Source of the DNA: a virus
Reading direction: 5' to 3' (one strand)
DNA: 42,668 bases
Virus record (IMG/VR): IMGVR_UViG_3300037419_001219
Shown here: piece by piece, positions 23,409-30,959 of the stretch
Numbering within the stretch: the stretch's first letter is position 1
Layout of the letters: each line of letters starts with the position of its first letter
The notes under the pieces: model-generated
Database searches by the model: none
What the model was told of the DNA's origin: nothing
The model's input: the letters and a program-made list of their open reading frames with translations, nothing else
Translations under genes and position numbers: made by a program

Positions 23409-24293
23409 ATGACGACACATACGCTACACAACGCTCCCGTCAACGATCAGAATCTCGGTGATTTGCGTGACGAAAACAAGGCGAGGTGGATACGCGTTTC
23501 TGTTGATATGTTGGAGCACGACGCGTTCGCCGGGGAACCATTTTCGAGGCGCGATGCGTGGCTCTGGTTGATCGCCAATGCGGCGTGGAAGCCAAGACGG
23601 TTTAAGGTCGCCAACGTCAACGGCATGATCGAATTGCAGCGCGGTCAGACGCTCGCTGCGCGCGGGTATCTCGCTAACAAATGGATGTGGGGCGAGAAGA
23701 AGGTCCGCCTCTTCCTCGAATTTCTACAATCCGAAAACATGATCGAAATGGTCCAGTCAAAGGGCCGGTTCGCAAACATCGTAACGATTTGCAATTACGA
23801 GAAATACCAGACAGCGACCGAAAGTAAGGGCCAGTTAAAAGACCAGTTGGAGGCCAGTTCAGGGCCGGTTGAGGGCCAGACTCTTACCAAGAATACCAAT
23901 ACTACCAATAAAAAAACAAATACGCCCGCGCGCGAAGAGCGCCGGTCCGGAATGGATTATTGGGCGAACGCGATATCGGCTCCGCCGTCACCGGAAACCC
24001 ACTCGCACGTCGGCGTCACGATGCAGGACGGAGAGATCACGCTCCACAACGGCGCGCGAGCCATGTGGCTCGAGCAGTTCGGTGGCGACGCGAAGCGACT
24101 GCAACTCGCGCTGAAGCAGGCCGCAGGATTTGTCCAGCCGAACAGCGGCCGGCCGCTTGAGGCACAGGTCGGCGCCCAGCTTGCGAGGATCGTTGGCCAG
24201 AAGATCGATTCCGACAAGCGATACGAAAAGGCCAAAGCGTCATCTGCGAAGCCCTATCAGTCCGACTTTCGCAGCCAGCTGGAGGCCATTTGA
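23409..24293 (+). CDS. Replication initiator / DnaD-O-like winged-helix protein
   Basis: FSRRDAWLWLIANAAWKP...IELQRGQTLAARGYLANKWMWGEKKVRLFLEFLQSENMI is the recurrent phage replication-protein wHTH pattern. It sits directly upstream of the helicase. Confidence 0.65.
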   Translation: MTTHTLHNAPVNDQNLGDLRDENKARWIRVSVDMLEHDAFAGEPFSRRDAWLWLIANAAWKPRRFKVANVNGMIELQRGQTLAARGYLANKWMWGEKKVRLFLEFLQSENMIEMVQSKGRFANIVTICNYEKYQTATESKGQLKDQLEASSGPVEGQTLTKNTNTTNKKTNTPAREERRSGMDYWANAISAPPSPETHSHVGVTMQDGEITLHNGARAMWLEQFGGDAKRLQLALKQAAGFVQPNSGRPLEAQVGAQLARIVGQKIDSDKRYEKAKASSAKPYQSDFRSQLEAI

Positions 24294-25699
24294 TGAACCT
24301 CCATTCCACCCAGAATTTCCAAATCGATCTCGAAATTTTCGGCGCCGAGCGTGCGGTGATCGCCCGCTGCCTCGCCGAGCCCGCATTGATCGCGCAGGCG
24401 GCGGCACGGTTGTCGCCGGCAGAGTTCGCCCACCCGTTCCTCGGAGAAGCCTTCCGCGTCCTCGTCGACCTTCACGACAGCGGCCGAAAGCCGTCCATGG
24501 AATCCCTCATCGCCGTGTTCGCAGACGACGAGGTCGAGTCCGGCCTCAAGGTCCGCGATTGCTTGACTCGCATCGTCCGGGCATCGCTCTACGGGCAGTT
24601 CCTGCCGATCGATGATGCCATCGAAGTTGTCCGGGATGCGGCCGCGCGCAACGTGTTCTCCAAAATAGCCGAGGATATGCGGATCGGAGCCGGCATCGTT
24701 CGCCCACTCATCGAAACCGCTTCCGAGGCGTCCGCTCGCCTAGATGATCTCATCGCCATGGCCAGAGGCGGCGACCGATTGACATTCGGAGGCGAGCAAA
24801 TCACGTCCGTGGTTGCCGACCATTTCAGCAGCTCGGATGTTAACAACCCGACGACGGGTCTCAAAGACCTCGACGACGTTCTTGGTGGATGGCCAAAGGG
24901 CGAACTCTCCGTCGTCGCAGCGCGACCTGGAATGGGAAAATCGGCCTTCGCAACGCATGCCCTTGTGCGGGCGGCTAAGGCACGGCGCGGTTGCCTGTTC
25001 TTCTCGCTCGAAATGACGCCGCTGCAGATCAGTTCGAGGATGCTGACCGATCTGGCATTCACGGCCGATAACCCGATCTTTTATGAGGACATTCTGAAGC
25101 GGCGCGTCGACGAGAGACAGCGCGCGCGCCTCGACGCGGCACAAGCTATCGTCGCTCAGCTTCCCCTGACAATCGAGGTCGAGCGCGGCCTGACGTTGAC
25201 TGACGTTGCCGTACGCTCGCGCAAGCTCGCCGCCCAGTACGCCCATGACGGCGGCAGCTTGGATGTTATCTTCGTCGACCACATGCTTCTGCTACGGGCT
25301 TCCCAGCGGTACGCCGGCAATCGCGTCAGGGAAGTCGCTGAAATATCTGACGGCTTGGCCTCTCTGGCGAAGGAACTGAATGTCGCCGTCGTTGCGCTTT
25401 GCCAGCTCAACCGGCAAGTCGAAGGCCGGGAAAACAAACGCCCTGGTCTCTCAGATTTGCGCGACAGCGGCGCTATCGAGGAAGACGCATCTACGGTCAC
25501 GTTCCTCTATCGGCCGGCCTATTACCTCGAAAGAATGAAGGCCGACGGAGATCAGGAATACGAGCGCCTGCAGAAGCTTGAAGACAAGCGAAACGATCTT
25601 GAATTCATCGTTGCGAAGAACCGTAACGGCCGCGTCGAAACGGTCAACGCCTTCGTCAATATCGGCGCCAACGCGATCAGGAACAAAGCCTATGGATGA
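24293..25699 (+). CDS. dnaB: Replicative DNA helicase, DnaB family
   Basis: Walker A ARPGMGKSAF, then FVDHMLLL, QLNRQVE and LSDLRDSGAIEEDA. ATG at 24293 (TGATG), with GGAGG 7 nt upstream. Confidence 0.9.
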   Translation: MNLHSTQNFQIDLEIFGAERAVIARCLAEPALIAQAAARLSPAEFAHPFLGEAFRVLVDLHDSGRKPSMESLIAVFADDEVESGLKVRDCLTRIVRASLYGQFLPIDDAIEVVRDAAARNVFSKIAEDMRIGAGIVRPLIETASEASARLDDLIAMARGGDRLTFGGEQITSVVADHFSSSDVNNPTTGLKDLDDVLGGWPKGELSVVAARPGMGKSAFATHALVRAAKARRGCLFFSLEMTPLQISSRMLTDLAFTADNPIFYEDILKRRVDERQRARLDAAQAIVAQLPLTIEVERGLTLTDVAVRSRKLAAQYAHDGGSLDVIFVDHMLLLRASQRYAGNRVREVAEISDGLASLAKELNVAVVALCQLNRQVEGRENKRPGLSDLRDSGAIEEDASTVTFLYRPAYYLERMKADGDQEYERLQKLEDKRNDLEFIVAKNRNGRVETVNAFVNIGANAIRNKAYG

Positions 25700-25976
25700 G
25701 GATGAAAGCGCCTGGGAACACATCAGCGCACCGATCACGCGCGTTCTCGAAAAGATCCCGAAAGGATTGGAGTCCGTGGCAGACAAGGCAGATTGCGTCA
25801 CCTGCAAATATCTCTCGACTGCGACACAGCATTCGATCTGTCAGCGCGCGACGAGTGAGCACTACTCCCGCAAGGTTCTCCAGTGCGGCGTTCACTCTTG
25901 CTCTCAATGGGAACAGTTCAAGAAGGTCGAGAGGACTGGGAATAAGGATCGGGATTGGCTGAGGTTGATAGGATGA
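25692..25976 (+). CDS. Cys-rich hypothetical protein
   Basis: 94 aa, overlapping the dnaB end. Contains CVTC..C..C..C. Confidence 0.5.
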   Translation: MDEDESAWEHISAPITRVLEKIPKGLESVADKADCVTCKYLSTATQHSICQRATSEHYSRKVLQCGVHSCSQWEQFKKVERTGNKDRDWLRLIG

Positions 25977-26233
25977 AAACGAGCCGGATCGTTGTAGATG
26001 AACTGATCGAGGCGCTGCGTTCGCGCCCGGAATCATTCACGGCCGGAGAGCATACGCTGGACGACAAAAACACAGGTCTGTCGTTTTGGATTGCAAACGG
26101 ACGGTTCTGCGCTGGCGTCTACCATCCATTCAAGATGAATTTCGGAGCGTGGCAGTCGATGCGGTTTCATCGAGAACTGCGCAACTGGAAGGCTTGGTAT
26201 ACCGCGAAGAAATTGCGTGGTGGTTCCAAATGA
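25973..26233 (+). CDS. Hypothetical protein
   Basis: ATGA coupling. 86 aa. Confidence 0.5.
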   Translation: MKTSRIVVDELIEALRSRPESFTAGEHTLDDKNTGLSFWIANGRFCAGVYHPFKMNFGAWQSMRFHRELRNWKAWYTAKKLRGGSK

Positions 26234-26379
26234 CCGGCCACAAGTTCCAACTGAAAGGCTTCCGCATCAACAAGAAGACCGGACTTCCGGAGAGGATTCC
26301 GAACTTCGGTTTGAATAAGTCAGCCCAGCTCAAACAAAGATCCAGCAAGCGTACGCGTCCGATGAAAAGGAAACCGTGA
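26230..26379 (+). CDS. 49-aa basic micro-protein
   Basis: ATGA coupling to the upstream stop, high GC3. Part of the ORF-track entry 26086..26379. Confidence 0.5.
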   Translation: MTGHKFQLKGFRINKKTGLPERIPNFGLNKSAQLKQRSSKRTRPMKRKP

Positions 26380-26864
26380 TGGATACGACGAAAGCTGAAC
26401 TCGTGACACGAAAGCATATGCAGCGGGTGTCCGCCTTGTTGGGCGAGGCGGCCTGCGAGATCATCCGGCGCGCCGCAGCCCATGACCTATCGAAGCTGAC
26501 GCCCGTCGAACTGGAGCCTCTCCAGAAGATGCAGGATCTCATCGATAGCGAAGGCCAGGCGCCGTTCGGCAGTGAGGAATACCAGCGCCGGACAAGGATG
26601 CTGGCACCCATGCTCGCTAACCACTACCAGAAGAACAGCCACCATCCTGAGCACTACCCAGATGGCGTCGATGACATGGACCTGTTCGACCTCATCGAGA
26701 TGTTCTTCGACTGGAAAGCCGCCAGCGAACGAGGAGAGGAAAGCTCGATGAATATTTCTGTCGCGGCGGTTCGGTTTAAATTGTCTCCGCAGCTCGAAAG
26801 CATCTTCCGGAATACGGCTTTTCGTCTCGGATACAAAGCTGACTCTTCAGCGAAGGCCGCTTGA
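26376..26864 (+). CDS. DUF5662-like HD-type protein
   Basis: AAHDLSKL ... NSHHPEHYPDGVDDMDLFDLIEMFFDWKAASERG closely follows the recalled DUF5662 pattern HD.SK ... HHPEHF..gi..M.l.DL.EM..DW.AA..R. Confidence 0.6.
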   Translation: MMDTTKAELVTRKHMQRVSALLGEAACEIIRRAAAHDLSKLTPVELEPLQKMQDLIDSEGQAPFGSEEYQRRTRMLAPMLANHYQKNSHHPEHYPDGVDDMDLFDLIEMFFDWKAASERGEESSMNISVAAVRFKLSPQLESIFRNTAFRLGYKADSSAKAA

Positions 26865-26880
26865 TCTAAGGAAAAATCTG

Positions 26881-27360
26881 ATGGAAGACGCAGCACTTTC
26901 ACCGACGCGCGAACAGCTTCGCCGAGACACGTACGAAAGCCCACAGGTAGACCAACAGACGAACCGGCGCGCATGGCGCAAGCTCTCGACATTCGACCAG
27001 CTCTACCGCCGCAATGAGATCGAGTATTCGCAGTTCCGTTCGGCTGAGAAGCTCGAACAGCACTGGATGGGTGCCCAAGGACACGACGTCCGCCTTTCCC
27101 ATGAAGAGGGAGGCTCAGGAGAGCGCTTGGAGTTCCCCAGGTCGTATCATGCCCAGATGGTGGAGAAAGCCCGTAGGCAGCTTCTGCCTCGGGAATGGCT
27201 TGCGTTGCAGTGCTTGCTTGAGGATACAGACGATCTTGCTGGCATCGGCCGGAAGTGGCGGGCCATAGGAACGCAGAAGATCGCGCGAGCGCAGGGGCTG
27301 CTTTTGGTGTCGCTCGGACTTGAGCGGCTGGCAGTGCATTGGGGGTTCGTAAAAGCGTGA
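26881..27360 (+). CDS. Hypothetical protein at the end of the early-right operon (possible late-gene regulator)
   Basis: 159 aa with an HTH-like C-terminal helical region. The position is analogous to lambdoid Q. No motif-level support. Confidence 0.5.
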   Translation: MEDAALSPTREQLRRDTYESPQVDQQTNRRAWRKLSTFDQLYRRNEIEYSQFRSAEKLEQHWMGAQGHDVRLSHEEGGSGERLEFPRSYHAQMVEKARRQLLPREWLALQCLLEDTDDLAGIGRKWRAIGTQKIARAQGLLLVSLGLERLAVHWGFVKA

Positions 27361-27384
27361 GGGCGAGCCCGAAGACCCGCCCTC
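27359..27384. terminator. Bidirectional terminator between convergent genes
   Basis: GAGGGCG (27359-27365) pairs with CGCCCTC (27378-27384). TGATTT follows on the plus strand and CGCTTTT on the minus strand. Confidence 0.5.
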
Positions 27385-27392
27385 TGATTTGC

Positions 27393-28397
27393 CTAAGCCC
27401 TGAGAGCGATCCTCAGTTGCTTGCCGACTTTCGTCAGCTGAAGGTGAGGCTCGATCTCTTGCCGCAACCGGCTGGCAGCGCCTTCGTCTATACCGAGCAA
27501 CTGAGACAGTTCCCGGTGTGAGTTGACCGAGCCGCCGTTTGCTTCGATTGCCTTCCACACCCGGTGTTCGTGAAGATCAATGACACCCTTGCCGATCTCA
27601 GGCTTACGTTTGCCTTTGGGAGGCTCTGGATCATTGTCGATGTCTTCGACAATCGTATTTCCATGAGTCAAATCAACGGCAAACGAACGGCAATCGTTGT
27701 CGGCAACTAAGACCCTCTTGCCTTGCCGGAACGCAAACCCGAACGCGACAATCGAACCGACTTCGAAGAACAGGGTCTTAGCGAATGGGATCAGCAACAC
27801 AAGCGCGCCGACGATTTGCTCTTTTGTGCCGGGAGAGTGAAAAAGCAGGGCTATTTCAGCCATTGCTTCGGCTTGAGCGTTGACGGGCTTTGCAGGTCCG
27901 ATCTTCGCAATATCCCGGTCAATGGAGTCGATCTTGGCTTGAACGTCGCTGCTGTTTTGTTTCCATTCCTGGCAGCGTGTCTTGCAGTTTTTCATTTCCT
28001 TTTGGACCTGGGCATCAGCGTAGTCGCGGCGAGCGACGGCCTTCGCACGTTCCGTCTTGAGCTCCATCAATTTGTCGTTGGCGTCTTCGACAGAAAGCGT
28101 AGTGATGCCTTGCGTTTCAGCTTGGCGGCCGACCGAAGAATAAACGACCAACGTTGTTCCAGAGAGAAACACTGCGAGACAGCCTACAGCCGTCAAGATA
28201 TGGCGCGCTCGCCCAGCTTCAGCCATGAGATGCCCGAAAGCTATGGTGATTGCGACGTATAGGATCGACAGCCATTGACTGGACTGCCAATGCATCGGGG
28301 ACGTCAGCTCTTTGTCGAGGAGGATGGTCAATCCGCCAGCTGCCGAAGCAACCCCCGCCACAAGGGCGAGGGCGCGACCTTTCCAGGAGTCGTTCAT
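27393..28397 (-). CDS. 334-aa membrane protein: 3 TM, coiled coil with a Cys pair, C-terminal TM region, then a wHTH-like tail
   Basis: ATG at 28397 preceded by GAGGAAGGA. TMs are ALALVAGVASAAGGLTILL, WLSILYVAITIAFGHLM and ILTAVGCLAVFLSGTTLVV. Coiled coil spans about aa 100-190 with CKTRC. Then IVGALVLLIPFAKTLFFEVGSIVAFGFAF. Confidence 0.65.
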   Translation of the reverse strand: MNDSWKGRALALVAGVASAAGGLTILLDKELTSPMHWQSSQWLSILYVAITIAFGHLMAEAGRARHILTAVGCLAVFLSGTTLVVYSSVGRQAETQGITTLSVEDANDKLMELKTERAKAVARRDYADAQVQKEMKNCKTRCQEWKQNSSDVQAKIDSIDRDIAKIGPAKPVNAQAEAMAEIALLFHSPGTKEQIVGALVLLIPFAKTLFFEVGSIVAFGFAFRQGKRVLVADNDCRSFAVDLTHGNTIVEDIDNDPEPPKGKRKPEIGKGVIDLHEHRVWKAIEANGGSVNSHRELSQLLGIDEGAASRLRQEIEPHLQLTKVGKQLRIALRA

Positions 28398-28513
28398 CGG
28401 CCAATTCCTTCCTCGATAGACTGCTCGACGAGGAGGGAAACGACGGCGATGGCGCCCACAAGAATAACGGGAGCCAGACTTGCCAGTAACACAATCAGAG
28501 CTAAAGTAGACAT
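28394..28513 (-). CDS. 39-aa single-TM micro-peptide, ATGA-coupled to the 334-aa gene
   Basis: Not in the ORF track. MSTLALIVLLASLAPVILVGAIAVVSLLVEQSIEEGIGR. AAGGA upstream. Moderate GC3. Confidence 0.4.
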   Translation of the reverse strand: MSTLALIVLLASLAPVILVGAIAVVSLLVEQSIEEGIGR

Positions 28514-28591
28514 CGTGAAAGTCCTTTCTTGAGATGGGATGGATTGTCACCAGCCCCGGGACCGTTGACGCGGTTGGCCGGGGCACTTGCT

Positions 28592-28663
28592 TACAATCAC
28601 AATATATACATATGTAATTACGTACGCAAGGGGATTGACATTATTTTTCTACATATGTAATTA
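28592..28663. promoter_or_regulatory. Back-to-back promoters, each carrying a TACATATGTAATTA box
   Basis: Plus strand: TTGACA (28635-28640) N17 TAATTA (28658-28663). Minus strand: TTGCGT N17 TATATT. Identical 14-bp boxes lie at 28607-28620 and 28650-28663, 43 bp apart. This is the AT-richest patch of the window. Confidence 0.65.
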
Positions 28664-28670
28664 TCGTGTC

Positions 28671-28850
28671 ATGAAAGACACAGAGCCACGAGGGCCTGGG
28701 CGCCCTAAGAAGTTCGAAGCGCTTGAGAGGATTCAGGTTTTGGTGCTTCACGAGCAGCACGAGGCCGCGAAAGGCGAAGCTGCTAAGCGGGGGATATCGA
28801 TCTCAGAGGTCTATCGAGATTGGATCGACAAGGGGAGAAAGAGAAAATGA
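28671..28850 (+). CDS. Ribbon-helix-helix regulator with an N-terminal AT-hook-like motif; probably leaderless
   Basis: MKDTEPRGPGRPKK carries a GRP core. IQVLVLHEQHEAAKGEAAKRGISISEVYRDWI shows strand-helix-helix. The ATG lies 7 nt after the -10 box and has no SD. Confidence 0.6.
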   Translation: MKDTEPRGPGRPKKFEALERIQVLVLHEQHEAAKGEAAKRGISISEVYRDWIDKGRKRK

Positions 28851-28948
28851 GCGAGACAGAGATCTTAATCGCGTTCGCCATATTTTTTGCAGGCATGCGT
28901 TACGGCGTGATGATCGCCCTCCCTAACCCTCCGAAGGAAGACAAATGA
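28847..28948 (+). CDS. 33-aa single-TM micro-peptide
   Basis: Not in the ORF track. ATGA coupling at both ends. MSETEILIAFAIFFAGMRYGVMIALPNPPKEDK. Confidence 0.4.
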   Translation: MSETEILIAFAIFFAGMRYGVMIALPNPPKEDK

Positions 28949-29160
28949 GCCCGTTCGAGACGCTTATTTTGGTGATTGGGGCGTACTTTCTCGGAAAGCG
29001 GAGCGGGCGATGTCGCGCTCAGGTGACGAGCTATCCCATCCAGCAGCCAACAGTTTCTATGCCGCCTCTTGATACTCCGCAGATGCGGCACATCCTGACA
29101 GGTCAGCTCGCCCCATGGCAGATTGAAATGATGAAACGTGACTCTCCCGCCACTTCCTAA
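28945..29160 (+). CDS. 71-aa N-terminally anchored membrane protein
   Basis: ATGA coupling. TM segment FETLILVIGAYFLG. Confidence 0.5.
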   Translation: MSPFETLILVIGAYFLGKRSGRCRAQVTSYPIQQPTVSMPPLDTPQMRHILTGQLAPWQIEMMKRDSPATS

Positions 29161-29633
29161 AATTGCCTGAACATTCCTTTTCTTGCTGCCTATTGACCTT
29201 CGGTCCCAAATCACCGCATTGAAAGTGTATGGTGGCGTTCCTGCGCGAAGGGAACCGCTGCGCCAAATCCAAACAATTCCAATCCCCGCTGCCGTGACTG
29301 TCTCCTGACCCGGGACTGCCACGACATACGTGCTGGCGCCCGATCCTTAGCCATGGATGCGCGGCGGCGGGGTAATCCATTCTGACCGGAGCCCTGCAAG
29401 AGGGCAGGAACTAACAGGCCCTTAAACCAGCGCATATCGCGCTTTGGGATGGGTGCGTCCTTCAACGACCGGTCAGACCCCAAACCTGTAGCCGCGTCGC
29501 GCCGGGCTGCTTCCCTCGCTTAAGCGCGATGTTGTGCCGTGAAGAGCCCAGGCCCGGGCCTCGTGCGGAAGGCGACAGGTCCCTTATTCGTAACCAGTCC
29601 GAAAATTCACCCTTCCCCCAGGGAGATAGACTC
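29161..29633. other. 473-bp spacer with no credible ORF, dense in hairpins and palindromes
   Basis: No plus-strand ORF of 60 aa or more. The minus-strand ORFs are Arg-rich and mutually overlapping. Stems lie at 29235-29258, 29353-29380, 29393-29408 and 29429-29443. Palindromes are CGCTTAAGCG (29517-29526) and AGGCCCGGGCCT (29550-29561). Confidence 0.5.
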
Positions 29634-30794
29634 ATGTCAGATTCTGCAATGCCCGCCCGTCCGGGGCTGATCCCGGCTATTGCCAGTCTGTTCGGATTCG
29701 TGACCAAGCCTGCGTCGCGGATCAATCTCGATAAGATCGCGATAAGTCTGGTGTTCTTCGCCGGCATCGTCACCATCCTGAAGAAAAACGGCGTTGAATT
29801 GCCGAACTTCATGGTTCTTTTCGGTGTCTCTCTCGGCATCGCCGGTTTGCTTTACGAAATGAGCGCTTCCCGCGCCATGATGCGCGCCTGGTGGGAAGCC
29901 AAACCCTTCTCGATGTTCTGCAATGTGGCCATTTGGGGAGCCGCTTTCTCGTTCTCAATCTTTAATTGGATCGGTGCAGCGGCGGAGGGCCAAGCCGAAA
30001 AGACCAACATGCAGAAAGCCGCCTATGTCCATTCGGAAGACGCTCGCACGGCGCTTTCGATGGCCCAGGAGGCCCTGAAGCAGGCCCGTGCAGCAGCCCA
30101 GGAGAAGCACAACGCGGCTTGGGAAACCATCCCGCTCGTGCAGGGTCAGAAGATCACCGACCGGGCCCAGGCGCAGGCTATGATCGACAAGATCAAGTCC
30201 AATACCCGCTTCTGGGAATTGACCGACGGTTGCGTCACGACCAAAGGCCCGCAGACCCGCAAATTCTGCGGCGATTACAACGATGCAAAGGCCGCACTCG
30301 CCTGGGCCGATACGCATCCTGCACTCATCGACGCAGCGAACGATGCCGATCAAGAGGTCAAGCGACAGGAGCGCGAAGTCGCCAAGGCGCGATCTCTTGC
30401 TTCCACGACTGCAGTTGTCACCTCCGACGAGCGCGCTGATCTCTTCATGCTGACCGATTGGGGCGGCATGTCGGAATCGCGCGCTCAGCAGCTGACGGGA
30501 TTGATCTCGGTTCTCGTGATCTCGATCTTCCTGTCGTTCGGCTCGATGCGGGAAGAGGCGGCGCACCTTTCGACGCTTGGCCCCCGCCGCAAGTGGTCGT
30601 TCTTCTCGCGCGGCTATCGCTGGGTGCATCGCCGGTTGTGGGGAACTGACCCGGACCACATTACCTACAATACGACCTACGTCGATCCACGAGGTGCTGA
30701 AGCTCTGGACGCGCACGAGAAGTTCAAACGGCAACTCGTAAGCAATGCGCAGCGTACTCGCGAAATCCTCGGTGTTGATGCGGTGCCAGCATGA
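29634..30794 (+). CDS. 386-aa membrane protein: 3-4 TM, long coiled coil with a Cys pair, C-terminal TM
   Basis: ATG at 29634 preceded by GGGAG at 8 nt. TMs include IAISLVFFAGIVTIL, FMVLFGVSLGIAGLLY and FCNVAIWGAAFSFSIFNWIG. The coiled coil carries CVTTKGPQTRKFC. Then LTGLISVLVISIFLSFGS. Confidence 0.65.
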   Translation: MSDSAMPARPGLIPAIASLFGFVTKPASRINLDKIAISLVFFAGIVTILKKNGVELPNFMVLFGVSLGIAGLLYEMSASRAMMRAWWEAKPFSMFCNVAIWGAAFSFSIFNWIGAAAEGQAEKTNMQKAAYVHSEDARTALSMAQEALKQARAAAQEKHNAAWETIPLVQGQKITDRAQAQAMIDKIKSNTRFWELTDGCVTTKGPQTRKFCGDYNDAKAALAWADTHPALIDAANDADQEVKRQEREVAKARSLASTTAVVTSDERADLFMLTDWGGMSESRAQQLTGLISVLVISIFLSFGSMREEAAHLSTLGPRRKWSFFSRGYRWVHRRLWGTDPDHITYNTTYVDPRGAEALDAHEKFKRQLVSNAQRTREILGVDAVPA

Positions 30795-30958
30795 ATCTCA
30801 ACCAAATCGACATCAGGCAACTGACGCAACTCGCGGGCAAGATCCTCATCGGTATCGGGCTCGCGATGTTCTATTTCAACCTCAACATCGGAGTGGAGAT
30901 GTTTGCCCATCCCGGTCTTGAGATTGCCGTCTCCGGCTTTCTGTTGAAGAGCATCTAA
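30791..30958 (+). CDS. 55-aa membrane micro-protein
   Basis: Not in the ORF track. ATGA coupling to the 386-aa gene, high GC3. Contains ILIGIGLAMFYF. It ends 1 nt before the tailspike start. Confidence 0.55.
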   Translation: MNLNQIDIRQLTQLAGKILIGIGLAMFYFNLNIGVEMFAHPGLEIAVSGFLLKSI

Positions 30959-30959
30959 C

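Noticed and set aside
29240-29340. Cobalamin-riboswitch-like motif string on the plus strand: GGGAA, AAATCC, CCCCGC..ACTGT and GCCAC in the consensus order.
   Set aside because: The helices that should flank these motifs do not form. The GGTG is replaced by GCTG and there is no hairpin around AAATCC. The 3-prime AGCCAGGAGACCTGCC box is absent, and the biological context is odd. I treat it as chance until an Infernal scan says otherwise.
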